Positions 5,886-7,227 of a stretch of DNA of 7,227 bases are shown one piece after another. Every line of letters begins with the position of its first letter. Within the stretch, counting starts at the first letter, position 1. Where the stretch lies: the NCBI GenBank assembly GCA_051745145.1, contig JBNJDT010000067.1, positions 1 to 7,227 of the forward strand. The letters are read 5' to 3'. The stretch comes from Elusimicrobiota bacterium (GTDB taxonomy: Bacteria; CG03; SLGR01; JAGXOG01). Under the pieces are notes generated by a model. That model saw nothing but the letters and a program-made list of their open reading frames with translations. It ran no database searches and was not told the DNA's origin. Both the position numbers and the translations under genes were made by a program.

Positions 5886-7223
5886 TTACAGTATGGGCAG
5901 ATAAGTTTTTAGTTCATAGTCTGTAATCTGAGTTCTGTATCTGTCCCATTCTATCTTTTTGTTTTCAATAAATTTATTGAAAACATGTTCGCCCAGGGCA
6001 TCTTTTAGAAATTCAGATTTTTCGGCGACCTGGATAGCTTCTATGAGGCTGCCGGGAAGAATTTCTATCTCCTTTGCTTTTCTTTCATCGTTGCTGAGAG
6101 CAAATACGTCGTTTTCCATCGGGTCAGTCAGGGAATAGTTGTTTTTTATCCCTTCCAATCCAGCGGCCAGCATTACGCTGAAAGCCAGATAGGGATTACA
6201 GGCCGGGTCCGGGAATCTCAGTTCAATCCGGGTTGCGTTTTCCTTTCCCGGCTGATAATGGGGAACTCTTATCAGTGCAGACCGGTTTTTCTGTCCCCAG
6301 ACCAGGTAAACGGGTGCCTCGTATCCGGGCACCAGACGTTTGTAGGAGTTTACCCACTGGTTTGTTATAGCACAAATTTCCCGGGAACGCTTCATCACTC
6401 CGGCAATAAAATTCCTGGCTGTTGAAGTTAGATGGTATTTATCCTGTGCATCAAAAAAGGCGTTTTTACCGTCTTTAAACAGGGACATGTGAACATGCAT
6501 TCCGCTGCCGTTTTCCCCGTAAAGGGGTTTGGGCATAAAAGAGGCGTAGGCATTGTGATTCATAGCTATGGCTTTGACTGTCACTTTGTAACTCATAACA
6601 TCGTCGGCCATTTCCACCGCCGGAGCGTATTTAAGATCAATTTCGTGCTGGCTGGGGGCCACTTCGTGATGGGAGTATTCAACGGGAATCCCCATCTCCT
6701 CCAGGGATAGAATAGTATCTCTTCTTAAATCATGTCCCAGATCCAGCGGCATAAGATCAAAGTATCCCCCTTTGTCTATGACTTTAGCTTTTTTGTCATT
6801 TTCAAAGTAAAAATACTCTACTTCCGGGCCCACGTTGAAAACGTCGAATCCCATTTTCTTCATTTTCTTTAAATTCTTTTTTAGAATATATCGGGGATCA
6901 CCGACATAGGGTTTTCCGTCCGGGGTTTTTATATCACAGAACATTTTGGCCACTTTATGCTCTCCCTCTCTCCAGGGAAGCAGGGTGAAAGTAGAAGGGT
7001 CGGGTATGGCTACCAGATCACTTTCGTAAATACGGGCAAATCCCTCAATGGATGATCCGTCAAACCCCATTCCGTTTTCAAAAGCCTCCTCCAGTTCACC
7101 GGGAGTAACTGCAAAAGATTTTAACTGACCCAGGATATCGGTAAACCAGAATTTAATGAATTTTACATTATTTTTCTCCACTTCTTCCAATACATCATTT
7201 TTTGTAAGATTTCTCTGTCTCAT
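5886..7223 (-). CDS. glnA: Glutamine synthetase type I (GSI-alpha size class)
   Basis: 445 aa with FTDILG, FDGSSIEGF, HHEVAPSQHEID, FMPKP, NGSGMHVHMSL, NSYKRLVPGYEAP, NRSALIRVP and RIELRFPDPACNPYLA. The start is 4 nt from the window edge, so its RBS is not visible. Confidence 0.98.
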   Translation of the reverse strand: MRQRNLTKNDVLEEVEKNNVKFIKFWFTDILGQLKSFAVTPGELEEAFENGMGFDGSSIEGFARIYESDLVAIPDPSTFTLLPWREGEHKVAKMFCDIKTPDGKPYVGDPRYILKKNLKKMKKMGFDVFNVGPEVEYFYFENDKKAKVIDKGGYFDLMPLDLGHDLRRDTILSLEEMGIPVEYSHHEVAPSQHEIDLKYAPAVEMADDVMSYKVTVKAIAMNHNAYASFMPKPLYGENGSGMHVHMSLFKDGKNAFFDAQDKYHLTSTARNFIAGVMKRSREICAITNQWVNSYKRLVPGYEAPVYLVWGQKNRSALIRVPHYQPGKENATRIELRFPDPACNPYLAFSVMLAAGLEGIKNNYSLTDPMENDVFALSNDERKAKEIEILPGSLIEAIQVAEKSEFLKDALGEHVFNKFIENKKIEWDRYRTQITDYELKTYLPIL

Positions 7224-7227
7224 TTTT

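Noticed and set aside
80..6710. Alternative-frame and antisense ORFs in the track (80-409, 1208-1423, 1464-1679, 2089-2502, 2157-2369, 2823-3236, 3252-3449, 4115-4333, 4691-4891, 5113-5361, 5193-5456, 5368-5559, 6432-6710)
   Set aside because: All overlap better-supported genes and show no family motifs, so they are treated as shadow ORFs.
1..7227. CRISPR arrays, tRNA/rRNA genes, IS elements or phage genes
   Set aside because: I saw no regularly spaced repeats, terminal inverted repeats, transposase/integrase motifs or RNA gene signatures, and the intergenic spaces are short.

Overview
AT-rich bacterial window, probably from an anaerobe (inference). The + strand carries a long co-oriented redox/stress gene string: the 3' end of a nitroreductase, a PfpI/DJ-1 protein, an exported PQQ-type sugar/sorbosone dehydrogenase, a SHOCT membrane protein, a monocluster ferredoxin, a stand-alone CuA cupredoxin lipoprotein, two tandem RnfD/NqrB-like membrane paralogues, a DmpI-like tautomerase and a Zn-ribbon hypothetical protein. 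It converges on glnA on the - strand. The main candidate for a new system is the module at 2185-4991. Each RnfD-like gene is fused to an 8-Cys DUF2769-like domain, lacks the covalent-FMN Thr motif, and has Asn at the position equivalent to the Na+-coupling NqrB Asp397. No other rnf/nqr subunits are in the window. This suggests a minimal, probably non-ion-pumping transmembrane electron conduit between ferredoxin and CuA. Other signals: an in-frame TAG joining the CuA and first RnfD-like ORFs, a small TGA-interrupted ORF between the paralogues, and strong CCGG enrichment. All family calls are by-eye motif recognition; no searches were run.
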